Shown one piece after another: positions 1 through 13,195 of a stretch of DNA of 64,000 nt. Made by a program: the position numbers and the translations under genes. The notes beneath the pieces were generated by a model that ran no database searches, had not been told where the DNA came from, and saw nothing but the letters and a program-made list of their open reading frames with translations. This stretch comes from Octopus vulgaris (taxonomy: Eukaryota): contig OX597830.1 of NCBI GenBank assembly GCA_951406725.2, positions 8,184,001 to 8,248,000 of the forward strand, read 5' to 3'. Numbering within the stretch: position 1 is the stretch's first letter; every line of letters begins with the position of its first letter.

Positions 1-460
1 TACCAGGTTCAGTTGCACTGTGTGGCATCTCAGGCAAGTGTCTTCTACTATAGCCTCGGGCTAGAGTAGAAAGGAACCCCATATTCATAAACTTACGCCA
101 GTAAACTACCAGCAAAATATGAAGAATCTATAGTAGAAATCTTTTTTGGGAGTTTTTCCAAATTAAAGGACGAAATATAATTCAACCTTTTTACATACAT
201 ACATATCTGCAAATATATATATATATATATATATATTAGCACGCCGGGCAAAATGCGTAGCCATATTTCGTCTGCCATTACGTTCTGAGTTCAAATTTCG
301 CCAAGGTCGATTTTGCCTTTTATCCATTCGGGGTCGATAAATTAAGTACCAGTTACGCACTGTTTGTCCCCTCTGTGTTTAGCCCCTTGTGGGTAGTAAA
401 GAAATATATATATATGTTTCCCCTGCTTGACCAAACAATGATATTATCTAACCCTTAATA

Positions 461-641
461 CGATGGGGTGGTGAAAAGTTCCTGGTTTTGGGTAAAACAA
501 TTACAGGAGAGTCAATTAATTATGATTTTATTTAACATATTTCCCTTTTGGATTCCTGTAAAAGAAGAACTCAGAAGGTTGGGTCTCCAACCAAGCTTTT
601 CACAATACCCTTAAAGCCAAGAGCTTTTCAGCACTCCCTTG
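461..641 (+). mobile_element. Mariner-type MITE (other copies 29531-29746 +, ~33070-33287 -, ~33325-33507 -)
   Basis: TA flanks, TIRs cga.gggg.g.tgaaaag / cttttcagcac.cc...g, and shared internal sequence among the four copies. Confidence 0.75.
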
Positions 642-885
642 TATTTGGAGTTAGATAATATATTTTCTAATCACCATATTTCAATTCACTCTGTTGTGTG
701 TGTGTGGGGGGGGATTCCCTTCCTGTCACCAACTCTGGCCTGGTGCCATGTAAGGTAAATATCTCCCTATGACCAAACATGTTTCTGTAGAATCCTAGGA
801 ATGAATGATACTTACTTGTATGGCAGTGACACTCACAAGTATCATCAGATGTCGAGACAAGGTGGCACAAATACATACACATATG

Positions 886-918
<33 letters not shown>

Positions 919-1207
919 GATAATAAAAGTGGAGAATATAATTACAAACTTACAGGGAAAAATTCAATTTAACAATTCCAAATCAAATTTCACAATATAT
1001 GATATATGTATATAATTAAGAGTGAAAGACTTTATCTATATCATATAGAAAATTTAAAGATATAGTCCCAAAACATGCATAGTCAATTTAATGTATATTT
1101 AATTTAGGGATTTTTTGAATAATATTTATTATAGAATAGTTAAATTTTTCTATATGATATAATGTCTTTCACTATTGAATTACTTAATAAAGGTTATTTC
1201 TCTTAAT

Positions 1208-1248
<41 letters not shown>

Positions 1249-1254
1249 TTGCTG

Positions 1255-1498
1255 CAGCAAGTATAGATGGGCTGGACATGTCGCCCGGCTCACCGATAAT
1301 CAGTGGACGCACACAGTTGTCAAGTGGTACCCGTGCGAGTGGAAAAGACGACCCGGAAGACCTCCATGACGGTGGAGTTACGATTTCAGGAGGACGATTG
1401 GGATCACGTGGATGAGAAAGGCGCGATCCAGAGAGGAGTGGACAGCGTGCTGTGACCAGCAGGGTCAAATGGACGCCTGACGGACTGGTCGGTCAAGG

Positions 1499-1500
<2 letters not shown>
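1255..1500 (+). mobile_element. RTE-clade LINE 3' fragment
   Basis: KYRWAGHVARLTDNQWT..V.KWYPCEWKRRPGRPP*RW..D...W...A.SREEW is a typical RTE ORF C-terminus. Confidence 0.8.
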
Positions 1501-1532
<32 letters not shown>

Positions 1533-1665
1533 TCATCATCATCATCGTTTAACGTCCGCTTTCCATGCTAGCATGGGTTGGACGAATGACTGAGGGCTGG
1601 TGAACCAGATGGCTGCACCAGGCTTCAATCTTGATCTGGCAGAGTTTCTACAGCTTGATGCACTT

Positions 1666-1700
<35 letters not shown>

Positions 1701-2499
1701 ATCAATTCAATAATGAAAAGTTAAATTATACCATTTAGAAAAATTACTTATTATAGAAAGATTAAATATAAGATAAAACATATAACAAGGATTAAGTAAT
1801 GTGCAAAATAATAAATAAAATGTATATATTTAATCGTTATATGTTTTATCTTATATTTAATCTTTCTATAATATGTAATTTTTCTAAAAGGTATAATTTA
1901 ATTATTCATTTTTGAATTAATAAAAGATGGGTTTTTTTTCTAATTTATATATATTATATTTTGTGAAATTTGATTTAGTATTTCTAAATTGAATTTTTCC
2001 TTGTAAGTTTGGAAATATTCCCTCATATTATTATTACACATATATATATGTTTTGCAAGATTCTTGATGTGAAGTCGTGTGTTGAAGCAGATGTTATTGG
2101 CTAAACTGGCAACATGACCATTCCTAAACACAACTATATATATTACACGCACACACAACATGCTTCTTTTAGTTTCTATCTACTAAATCTCCTAACAAAA
2201 CTTTGATTGGTGCGGGGGGAAACACTGGATCGACCATGAAGCAAAATAAGCATGTGTTTAGAGCACCGAGCGAAGGGGACACCTCAGAAATGGTGAATGG
2301 TTTACAGCACAAAAGAAATCCCTTTAAACTTGTAAAATAATATTCAAAGTGGTTTATATGATCGGAAATATAATTTCAAAGTGTTTGTAGTGTCATGGTG
2401 AGGATCTGATCAAGATTTTGCAATTAAAAAAAAGGAGGAAAACTTTTCAAATATAAAGTGGAAGTATAGAAAAATAATCATTATTTTCCATCTTACTGT

Positions 2500-3030
2500 T
2501 AGTTTTGTCTGGCATAGTGTATCTAGGACTACATTAACTAATGTATCCTTCCGGCTAATGTTTCCATTGTTGCTGTTGTTATTTAACCCTAGGTCAGCCC
2601 TCATTCAGCCATTCTATCATAAAACATGTACCAGTTATGACCATTTGTTTTACATGGACACAATGTATCTAGGACTATATTAACCAATGTGCCATTCCTC
2701 CATGTTGTTGTTCAATCCTCGGTCAGCCATGATCTGGCACATCTATGATCACAGATGTTCCAGGTATGACCATTCCAACACTTGTTCCCGCATGGTGTAT
2801 CTAGGACTCCATTAACTGATGTGTCCTTCCTGTTTCTGTTGTTTACTCCTAGGGCAGTCCTGATCCGACACATCTATAATCAAAAGATTTCCAATCATGA
2901 CCATCACTTCTTATTTTACAGACATAGTGAGAGTACCTAGGAATATTTTATCCTATATTTCCTTAATTTTTTTTAAAAGACAGTAGAATGTGATTTAAGG
3001 ATGATTTGGCTACTATTTCAAGCAAACCCA
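2500..3030 (+). repeat. Degenerate tandem repeat, ~125-150 bp unit x ~3.5, ending in the tgtgattt...gatttggct.ctatttc motif
   Basis: Repeated tgtatctaggact.cattaac...ccta.ggtcagcc.tgat...tatgaccat. Confidence 0.7.
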
Positions 3031-3361
3031 AATAGCCATATAAACATCACTTCACTGGGTCCCTTTCATTCAAAGCAGGCGGGGCCCTGCCCCAAACCTC
3101 ATGGCTTAACCCCTCCCCACAGGCCTTCATATTGGAGTTTTATTATCTTTGTCAGTGATTTGGTTCGTTCATTCAGATCTAATTAAGCAACTCAATCAGC
3201 TTAACGAATAAAAACAGCCGGGCAATTTATTTATTCATTCTCAACAGCAAAAAGAAACATGTTTAAACTTGTCTCCATTCACTAAGATCGTTAATGTTCA
3301 GAATGGAAACGATATTTGCATGTGACAAGATGTGTGTGTGTGTGTCCCGAGTCAACGATAA

Positions 3362-3399
<38 letters not shown>

Positions 3400-3659
3400 G
3401 TGTTTGGGTAACCACTTGAGTGTTTGAGGTTATTTCGAGCATTTAAATGCTGGTTTTAAACAGCTCTAACTGGTGTCACACTAACAAATTAACGTAACTT
3501 TACTGAATGTTACAAACAACTTCATGATGTGTGTGTGTGTGTGTGTGTGTGTGAAAAAAGAGAAAGAGAGGCATGCATGGGTGTGCATGTATAAGTGGGT
3601 GTATGTATGTGAATGACTGTGCTTCTAATATAAGGGGGTGGAGAAGTACATTACGGCGG

Positions 3660-4110
3660 AGAAGTACTTTCAGCAAATGGATGAAATGCATAAGAAACTC
3701 TGACAACAACAGCCAGCATTGGTCAATAGAAAAGAACCAATTCTTCTCCACGACAACGGTTGGCCACACGTCGCACAACTGACCCTGCAGAAGTTGAATG
3801 AATTGTGCTATGAAACTCTGCCTCATCCACCACACTCACCGGACTTCTTGCCTAACGACTACCACTTTTTCAAGCATCTCGACAACTTCCTGCATGAGAA
3901 ATGCTTCAAAAACCAAGATGATGCCAAACACGCCTTCAACGACTTCATCGCTACCTGAACGCATGATTTTGACACTACTGGCATAAATGAACTTGTTTCA
4001 CGTTGGCAAAAGTGTGTTGATTCTGATGGTGTTTATTTCGATTAATAAAATTTTGCTTGAGTCTGAATTTAAAGGTTAAAAACCACAAGAACTTTCTTGA
4101 CAACCTAATA
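3660..4110 (+). pseudogene. Mariner (DD34D) transposase C-terminal remnant with 3' TIR
   Basis: ILLHDNGWPH...LPHPPHSPDFLPNDYHFFKHLDNFL (degenerate YSPDLAP.D motif). Ends ctttcttgacaacctaata, a mariner TIR plus TA. Confidence 0.88.
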
Positions 4111-5189
4111 CTTTCTATAACCACGGGTCAACCCATAGCCTGAGAGTGACGTTGGGGTAGAATGAAACTGTACTGAAGCCTACCGAATGGATTGTGTCAA
4201 TAACTACAAAAAGTACAGCCTTGTCACACACACCACATCACTAAAACTGTGCATGACAATTACATTAAGAGCATATGTGTCTGTGGAATACTCAACCACA
4301 TACCTGTTAATCCAGAAGTAGGTAATTCTATTAATCAAACTGAAAACTTATCACTGAAAGACAGACAGACAGACACCACCACCGCCACCACCACCCACAT
4401 ACACCGTTGCCAGCACCGCCCCGTTTCGTGTCCGTTGCCAGCCTCGCCTGGCCCTCGTGCCGGTATAAAATGCACCATCCGTTCGGCACCTGTGCGGGTG
4501 GCACGTAAAAAGCACCCACTACACTCACGGAGTGGTTGGCGTTAGGAAGGGCATCCAGCCGTAGAAACACTGCCAGATTTGACTGGGCCTGATGAAGCCT
4601 CCTGGCTTCACAGACCCCAGTAGAACCGTCCAACCCATGCTAGCATGGAAAACGGACACTAAACGATGATGATGATGATGATGATATATATCTCTTATTA
4701 TAAAAGGCAGATTTTATCTGCCTCCCTTTGTCACTTATAGAAATCTACAATATAGGATTTCTTCAATTACAATTTACCTAGCATTTTTAAGAGTAGAATG
4801 CATCGAGTCATGCCAGGTCCAGTTTTTAAAATTTAAACTCCAATTAAGCAAAATTTACAGAAAACTCACATTCTGGTGTGTATGTCAAGTGCTTTTCTTA
4901 ATGTGGTTTACACCACACGCACACGCACACACACAGTGTGCAACGAATAAAATGAAAGTAATTCACTGTGTGTGTGTTGACAGGTAGACAATAGAATGCG
5001 ATGGCGATGGCGATGTAATATTTGTTTCTGTCTATCACGCTGATAGATACATGAGTAAAATGTATGGCAAGCTAAGAGATAAGAGTGAGTGAAAATGTTC
5101 TTGGAAGAGAGTAAATAGCGAGAGTGATTTGAGGAAGATTTTACATTAAATAACCGTAGTGGCTTCTATATATATATATATATATACAT

Positions 5190-5455
5190 ACATAAGACAG
5201 TAAGGTGTGATTTGAGGGAGATTTGGCTGCTATTTCTACCATGTCTAGCTGCCATGTAGGGGTCTCCCTCATAGGCTCATACATACATATATACATAGAT
5301 AAGACAGTAAGGTGTGATTTGGGGGAAATTTGGCTGCTATTTCTACCAGGTCTAGCTACCATGTAGAGGTCCCCCTCATTGGCTCATATATATATACATA
5401 CATAAGGCAGTAAGGTGTGATTTGAGGGAGATTTGGCTGCTGTTTCTACCAGGTC
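5190..5455 (+). repeat. Tandem repeat, ~105-110 bp unit x ~2.5
   Basis: cagtaaggtgtgatttgagggagatttggctgctatttctacc occurs three times. The motif is also dispersed (e.g. 7530-7640, 28545-28580 on -). Confidence 0.8.
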
Positions 5456-5814
5456 TGTTAGGCCTTCTCATGTAAACTCAAGCTTTCTCATGCCTTGAAC
5501 ATAAGACCAAAGCAGAGAATGTATTCTTTTATTCTTCTGCTTTTTCCAGCCATTGGTCTGCAGCCATGCTGGGGCAATGCCTTGAAGAATTGTAGTTTAA
5601 TGAATCAACTCCAGTTTTATTTTTGTAAGCATTGTACTTATTCTATCTGTTTCCTTTGTCAAACCACTAGGTGACAGGGATGTAAATAAACCAACATTCG
5701 TTGTCAAGCAGTGGTGAAGGACAATCACAAGCACAGACACACACACACACACATACATGCATACACATATACACACATACATACATATATATATATGTGT
5801 GTATATATATATTG

Positions 5815-6070
5815 CAGCATGGAAGGTGTTTGTAAGCCATTTAAGAAACACACAAAAACCGTTAGATTCACTTCAACATTTAAATTTAATTTGCCAAAAT
5901 ATTTTCCTCGCTTTGAGACCGCGACCTGTTCACTGACAAAAATATCGTGCTAACAGGTCGCGGTCTCAAAGTGACGAAAATATTTTGACAAATTAAATTT
6001 AAATGTTGAAGTGAATCTAACGGTTTTTGTGTGTTTCTTAAATGGCTTATAAACACCTTCAACGCTGCAA
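5815..6070. repeat. Foldback, ~115-bp arms
   Basis: ttgcagcatggaaggtgttt...gcgacctgtt versus aacaggtcgc...aaacaccttcaacgctgcaa. Confidence 0.92.
5890..5940 (-). ncRNA. Hammerhead-fold motif with G3-C8 variant core
   Basis: Minus strand: tttgtca-GTGAACA-g-gtcgc(ggtctcaaa)gcgag-GAAA-atat-TT-tggcaaa. The opposite arm reads gtgac-GAAA-atat-TT-tgacaaa. Confidence 0.7.
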
Positions 6071-6238
6071 CTGTTTTCGTTCCAGCACACGATCTCAGAT
6101 CAAGTCACTTGCTATGCAAGTACATCTCTGTAACTATATATATATTTATATATATATATATATATATATGTATATTGGTAAAAACAGTAAGATAACAAAA
6201 GAAAGAAAGAGACCTCAATATTATGTAAATAGAGGAAA

Positions 6239-6631
6239 TCTTTATATATAAAAGTGAGGTTGTGTGTCTGTCTCCTACGATTTAGATTCCTAACTACTCC
6301 CACATTTTGCGGTGCAGTTTAACCAAAACTGGGTATCTTATAGTCGTGATTCATATCGAGACCGTCTGGGTATTAGCGCGTGTCTACGATGAGTCTACGA
6401 TTTAAAAAAAATTTACCATCAATTTTTCCCATTTTTAATCCATTTTTGACATATATAAGGGAAGTAACTCTCTAAAATTTATTATTAAATCTCAGAACGT
6501 AAAAAGCTACAGTAACACCCCTCCCCTTTGTGGTTAGCCATATTGAGATGGCTATTATACTTTACATCTCTAAAAATGCTTATATAATTATTTCCCTTAC
6601 AAACCCGAGCAATGCCGGGCGATACTGCTAG
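6239..6631 (+). mobile_element. Non-autonomous Helitron
   Basis: A|TC 5' end, subterminal hairpin cccgagcaatgccggg, CTAG|T 3' end, no TSD. Second copy at 26179-26542 (-). Confidence 0.88.
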
Positions 6632-6663
<32 letters not shown>

Positions 6664-7099
6664 CACGATGGGCTTCTTTCAGTTTCCATCTACCAAATCC
6701 ACTCACAAGGTTTTGGTCAGCCCGGGGTTATAGCAGAAGACACTTGCCCAAGATGTCACGCAGTGGGACTGAATCCGGAACCATGTGGTTGGGAAGCAAG
6801 CTACTTACCACACAGCCACTATATATACATATATATATATACACACACACACATATATATATATAAATTGTAGAAAGAAAAGATTAGTTGTTTTTTTTTA
6901 AATGGTAACTTCGTCAATCAAGCTACCAATTAGAGGAAGATAATTTATTTCAAATGAGTTATCTAGTTTACAGTCTGATTGTGTGCCTCCTTTACGGTGA
7001 AATTTCCCACAGCAGAAATGTCTGTGGGAAATTTTCTGGACACAATTACAATCCCACATTAGCGAAGAGGGACAAACATTTATATATTTTTTCATGGTC

Positions 7100-7320
7100 A
7101 TTGCCAGTACCGCCTGACTGGCCCTTGTGCCGGTGGCATGTAAAAGCACCCACTACACTCTCGGAGTGGTTGGCATTAGGAAGGGCATCCAGCTGTAGAA
7201 ACTCTGCTAGATCAAGATTGGAGCCTGGTGCAGCCATCTGGTTCGCCAGCCCTCAGTCAAATCGTGCAACCCATGCTAGCTTGGAAAGCGGACGTTAAAC
7301 GATGATAATGATGATGATGA
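7100..7320 (+). mobile_element. SINE-like family C with (GAT)n tail (copies ~1545-1667 -, 4440-4683 +, 16355-16445 -, 18105-18352 +)
   Basis: Shared ggttggcgttaggaagggcatccagctgtagaaa...ggacgttaaacgatgatgat. Confidence 0.85.
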
Positions 7321-8664
7321 TGTAAAGAAGCCAAATGGGATCAATAAGAAACAGAACCAAGGTTAAGGGGGGATACAAAACCACCAGTACATTAAAATAA
7401 TTCTGGAAACATCTGAAGAAAAAGAAAAAGATCTTGGAAGGTGAAACTTTTTAACTGCAAACCCTAATTACACAACAGATATAGTTAACAGGATAAAAAT
7501 TAGATACCATTACGTGGTCACTCAATCTGCTAGAAATAGCAGTCAAATCTCCCTCAAATCACACCACATTCCGTGGCAGCCAGTTCTCTCACAAATCATA
7601 CACTCAACCATGTAGAAACAGCAGCCAAATTTCCCTCAGATCATACCTATGTAAAAACAGCAACCAACTACTACAGACTTGAGTTAACCAATGCCTTCAG
7701 AGTGATTTGGTATATGGAAACTGTGTGGAAGCCCGCCTCACACACACTTCGTGTGTGTGTGTGCATTTACACCACATGTGAACTTGTTTTGCTTTGTTTA
7801 CATCCACCATAAATCCCAGATCGGCACCAGATTAGTTTTGGGGTCTGACTTGTTTCGACTAAGCCATTGAAGGGAATGCCCTCCTGACTGCAACCACTGC
7901 AACCCACCACAACAATGCATCACAACTCACAAACAACCCACAGCAGGTCACAATCCACAACAACACGCAATAGGCCACAAGGACAAAACGCAAAGGCATT
8001 CTTTCGATATGAGTCCCATTTACGTCACGTGTATTTGTTTACATTTGAAGAAGATCGTCACTTTCCGTAAAATTTTTTATTTTTTTAATATAAGTGGGGT
8101 TAGGGTTAGGGTTGGGGTTGGGGGGAGGGTATCTTTTTCTCTTCAGAAATGTAAATAAACCCACGTGGGTTTATAAGTGACAGTTATGTTACTAGTAACG
8201 AATGATCGCCAAAAAACGTCGATCTCATACTTATTTACAACAAACCCGGAACACCACAACATCCAGAAGATACTCTCTCTCTCTCTCTCTCTCGCTCTCT
8301 CTCTCTACACACACACACAAGCACCCACAGACTTCGGGTCAGAAAAAAGCGAAAAAAAATTATAAAAAAAGACACAGCAAACATGTTCTAACCGAGTCAA
8401 CTTCGTCCGCACCACCAGCAGAGTACAATATATCCAGATTTTCAACCTTAAGAAACAGCAGCTAAATCTCCCTTAATTCAAACTCCATCGTCTTCAGCAA
8501 TGAAGAATACGTCGGATAACGTATTTAAATGTCAGACAGCTTTAAAAAGACGGGAAGGTCACGAATGGAATGTCCCTTTGACCGTACGTTTACTCAACTA
8601 GAGATAACTTGGACGCTAAACAACAACAAGAACTATTACTACCGTTCTATTAAATCCACCCATC

Positions 8665-9145
8665 TTCTCTACTCCTGGGAAGGTCGTTGGGGATAGGGTC
8701 TTCCACAGGGTCCTGTTAGAAGCAACCGTCATTACGCTTTCCGGCTATGTTCCCAAGCGTTACCAACTGAAACCATGGGGTATTATCCACCCATCTCGTT
8801 CTTAGTCTACCCTTAGGTTTCTTGCTGGTTGGTTCGGCTTGAAGAATCAGTCTTGCGATACTTTCCTGCGACACTCTAATCCAGTGCTTTTCAAACTTTT
8901 TGCTGGAGCGGAACCCCAAGGAAACATTCCACTGGCTCGAGGAACCCCTCTGCAATAATTTAATAGTTTTATGCACACATATCTGCACAGGAGAAATAAA
9001 AATTACTGCCGATTTTAGCAGTTTTGTAACTTCTTGCGGAACCCCTGGACTGTACTGGCGGAACCCTGGTTGAAAACCACTGCTCTAATCCCATGTCCAT
9101 AGCAAAGGAGTTGTAACCCCTCAATGCAGAGAAGTAGTGGCTGGC
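8665..9145 (-). mobile_element. RTE-clade LINE 3' fragment, interrupted by a hAT MITE
   Basis: PLLLCIEGLQLLCYGH / IRVSQESIARLILQAEPTSKKPKGRLRTRWVD continues across the insertion. Confidence 0.7.
8882..9082. mobile_element. hAT (Charlie/Buster-like) MITE
   Basis: TIRs cagtgcttttcaa / ttgaaaaccactg and a perfect 8-bp TSD ctctaatc at 8874-8881 and 9083-9090. Confidence 0.9.
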
Positions 9146-9189
9146 AAAAATAACGTTTCTATTAGAGTAAAACCAAATTAATTAATATT

Positions 9190-9419
9190 TATTTCTTTAC
9201 TACCCACAAGGGGCTAAACACAGAGAGGACAAACAAGGACAGACAAAGGGATTAAGTCGATTACATCGACCCCAGTCCATAACTGGTACTTAATTTATCG
9301 ACCCCGAAAGGATGAAAGGCAAAGTCGACCTCGGTAGAATTTGAACTCGGAACGTAACGACAGACGAAATACGGCTACGCATTCGCCCGGCGCGCTAACG
9401 TTTCTGCCAGTTCGCCGCC
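9190..9419 (-). mobile_element. tRNA-derived SINE family B (other copies ~236-406, 21320-21470, 24328-24515, 30163-30375, 34740-34850, 53115-53266, 53442-53664, 56660-56890, 61950-62165)
   Basis: Head ggcggcgagctggcagaa..., B box gagttcaaattcc, conserved core gtcgactttgcctttcatcctttcggggtcgataaattaagtacc. Confidence 0.88.
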
Positions 9420-9445
9420 TTTACCAAATTAAATAATATTGTTAC

Positions 9446-9893
9446 CTTGGCGAACTAATCTTGACAAATTCTTTGATGCAGCCTCGCAGTCTTTGGTTAA
9501 AAATTCAACACGGTTAGTTAAGTTGTTTAAAGATTCGAATTCCTTTTTCTGGATGTATTTCTTCAAGTCTTTTTGGATTTTTTTGTTTGTGTTTGTCAGG
9601 TCGCTTAATCCCTCGTTTAACTGCCGCAATGTTCGACTCAAACTCCTCTCAAGGAGTTCGATCTGTCTCATACGTTCGCCCAAACTAACTTTATTTGTAC
9701 GTTTGTCACGTTGAGTCTTCACGTAAGTTACCGAACGAAGAAATTTCTGCTTCTTCTCTGCTGGGTGAACTTTTGCAGAAAGTTGCTGGGGATCACCTTT
9801 AAGACTTTGGCCATGGGTAATACGATTATATCTTATGTTACTAATTATTTTATTTTTTAATAATTTTGTCTGAGCTTTCACAGATTTCTGCAT
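9446..9893 (-). CDS. Putative coding exon, basic N-part plus predicted coiled coil, unknown product
   Basis: Non-repetitive ORF of about 150 codons with heptad-like IELLERSLSRTLRQLNEGLSDLTNTNKKIQKDL. It ends at a good donor CAAG|GTAACA (9446/9445). The start is either ATG 9893 or acceptor tgcAG at 9888-9889. No family recognised. Confidence 0.45.
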
Positions 9894-11409
9894 AATTATA
9901 ACACGATTCCGAAATGTTAAACATTGAAGAGATTAGTATCATCAAAATTATATATAACTATAATTAGTTTAGGTTCGTCTTTTTTAATTTTAATTTTTCA
10001 TAGACTTTTCTACTCGTTTTAACAGTGTATTGTTAAACTGGTTCCGAAAACTGGCATTAAATTCCCCTGTTTCAGCTTTCTGTGGAAAGTTTGAGATAAC
10101 GATGAAGACGGGCTCCCGTCATCGTCTCTATTTGTGACGTCATGAGTTTATGCGAGATATTGCAGAAGACCACAGCTTTCATTGAATTTCAACGAAGAAA
10201 CGGCCCACAATATCGGCATTCTTTTGTTCTTTAAACAAAACAAACGTTTATTTCTCACAAAGAATGTGTTTCCATTTCAAAGCGGGAAGATATTTCACTC
10301 TGAACAGATGCAGACCTTTGTACGCCATCCGGAATTTTGATATCTTAGCTCGAAGCTGCCTATTTCGCTTCGTTGTTGGTCCAGATTCCTGGATCGGTAT
10401 CATCGCGATCTGACGGCACACCGACACCCACTGCTTTCCTAAATATATCAACGGAAATATAACACTCGGTTTCATTGGACAATTCACCATTTTTTCCTTA
10501 ATGAAATACACGTGGACCTCAGTTCAATTGAACCTAAACTCTGCATGCTTTCTCATATTTCTGCATACTCTATATGCACACCGTACACTAGGCTACAGTT
10601 TAGTTTAGACTTGGGGACAGGGCCGGCCCCACACACTCGGCAAACTAGGCGAATGCCTAGGGCGCAAAAATCTGGCCGCACCGCATAAATTCCGAACAAC
10701 ATTTTCTTAATTCAATAAAAAGACATTTTTATTTCAACAATAATGTGAGTAGAGGAGGTCACATCCGGAAGGCAGCAAGAGGAGTCTCCTCACCTCCCGA
10801 AGCGAGTAGGGTGGAGGACGGAAGGGGCGTAGGGCAGTGAAGATAAGAGAATTGTGTTGTTACATGATTTGGTGAGAAACATCTAAAATTTTACAAGTAA
10901 ATATAATCATTTGGTGCTTTGTATGGTAATTATATTAATTATATTATATATTTCTTGCGTGATGTAAATTATTCTTTTTACGACTGCATTTTTCAGTTGA
11001 TGTTAGGAAGATGATGGCTGGAGGAATTTGGAGTAAAAAAATTGATATGGAGAGTGCACAATGTAGAGCTGGGAAAAGGAATACTCATTCTAGGGCTGGA
11101 AGAATTAAGAAGCCTAATTGTAGGGCTGATAGAAGGGACCGCAGGAAAACAAGGCGCACATTGAGGGGCTATGAGAAGGAGAATATATTGTAGAACTGAA
11201 GGGAGGCGGCACACATTATAGGACTGGTTTAGAGTCTTTAATACCCTAACACTTACTTGAGAGGACCTGGGACTGTTCAGGTTTGCTGGGCCTCGTCATA
11301 CACAAAAACTGAAATGCACAGCAAATCAGCAAACACACAAACACCAAAGTGTGATTATCGCATATAACTGTGGTGAACAGGTTATACACACTTTGGAAAT
11401 TGCTACTAA

Positions 11410-11809
11410 TTTTTTATACATAAAGCTGAAGTTGTCTGTGTGTGACAGGTTTGGTAGCCTTCAACTAACACTATCTTCTCCGAGACCCTGCAGTGCAAGC
11501 TGACCAAAATTGAGAGTCTGATAGAAGAAGGCTTGCTCTTCCTTCCGTAGAAGAAAAAATTCAAATTGGACCATGTTAATACCAAAAATTATTTACATCC
11601 AAAAGTTGCTTTTTTTCTATGAAAATCTCTATTTTTTTTACAATTTTTTGACTGCTGTGTCGCCATTTTTCAGTGTATTTCAACCAAAAAAATGTTCACT
11701 TAAAGAGAATAACAAGCTACATAATGTGATTTTTTTTACTTTTCAAAAATTCCAATTCTAAAGGGTCGAAAAGAAAACAAACCCGAGCAACGCCGGGCTA
11801 TACTGCTTG
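11410..11809 (+). mobile_element. Related non-autonomous Helitron (shared 3' end, different body)
   Basis: Ends acaaacccgagcaacgccgggctatactgcttg|t and starts ttttatacataaagctgaagttgtctgtgtg. Confidence 0.7.
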
Positions 11810-12264
11810 TACGTAATAAACAAAAGAGACAGTGAAACATTCGGAGTCCCAAAACACAACCAAAAATGTCGATTATGTCACATTTCTGTAAAAGTCATCG
11901 CATCTGCACCTGTCTAAAAATGTTATCAAGGCACAACCTTCTCATGCTTGTGTGATATGACACTGTTGTTAAAACAATATACGGTGCTATCCGAATAAAA
12001 GACTGTCATGGGATAAATATAAAGAATTTCCCATGTTATTGAATACATAATATCAATGCAAGGAATATTGGTGGAATAATCCCATCGAAACTTCTACCAA
12101 ATGCAAACATAACAGGTCGAATACAGTTGTTGGGGGCAGAGAAGAAAACCCATGAGGCGTCATAGAAGTCAGCTGCCCTGCTTCTGGGAATATCTCTGAA
12201 AACGAAAGAGAAAGAGGATAATACGGACAACTGCCTCGGAAGCTTCAGTTTCTAAACATATATA

Positions 12265-12788
12265 CAATAATCCCTCACCATATCACGGTTCACCTATCGC
12301 GGTTTACTATTTAGGCTTACGTCGATTCTTCCGTGGTGTTGTTTTGCATTAATAATAAAATAAATATATACAAATCATAAAAATAATTCTAAAAAATATA
12401 CAGTACAGCACTGGTTCTACTTCGCGGATTTTCACCTATCGCGCGGGGTTTTGGAATGTAACATCCGCGATAGCCGACGAATTACTCTATATGTATATAC
12501 AGGATGTCCATAAATTATCTTTACAGCTTCTATACTTTGAAGCTTCATATCGTAAAGAGATTTGATGGACAGCCTATATACATAAATACATAATCATTCA
12601 CCTATCGCGGTTTATTATTTAAGCTTACGTCGATTCCTCCATAGTGTTGTTTTGAATTTATAATAAAATAGATATATACAAATTATAAAAATAATTTTTA
12701 AAAATACAATACTGTTTCTACTTCGTGAATTTCCACCTATCGCGGGGGGTTTTGGTATGTAACATCCGCAATAGTCGAGGGATTACTG
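12265..12788 (+). mobile_element. Two tandem pogo/Tigger-like MITE copies with a small Tc1/mariner-type MITE between them (~12499-12575)
   Basis: Near-identical 12285-12486 and 12595-12788, terminal cgagggattactg|ta. The spacer has ta|caggatgtccat...atggacagccta|ta ends. Confidence 0.65.
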
Positions 12789-13138
12789 TATTCACATTTA
12801 TACCAACAATAATTGGTACACATGGGGGATTTTTGTGGGTGGGGAGGGTTTTTTGTAAGTAAATGCCAAAACAACAATCTGAATACGCTAGAGTTTTCAG
12901 AAAAAGAAACCTGGTAATTCGCATGTTACAAATACAATGTATAAGTGGAACGGTGAATATATGCAAGACTTTTATAAAGTTTAAAATGTGACACTGATTT
13001 TGTTATCTACTTTCCAACGATGAAGATTTGTGTCTCTGTTAGAAACCAGCTCCTTCTTTACAGGAAGATTTTAAATAATTAAAACCGGAAGAGAAGATAG
13101 ATATATATATATAAATCTTGCACAACAAATATTTAAAC

Positions 13139-13195
<57 letters not shown>

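Noticed and set aside
8096-8125. Chromosome end or true telomere
   Set aside because: Only a few TTAGGG units, embedded in a MITE-like repeat.
10990-11270. Possible minus-strand L2/CR1-type LINE 3' remnant
   Set aside because: Only faint motif resemblance, too degenerate to call.
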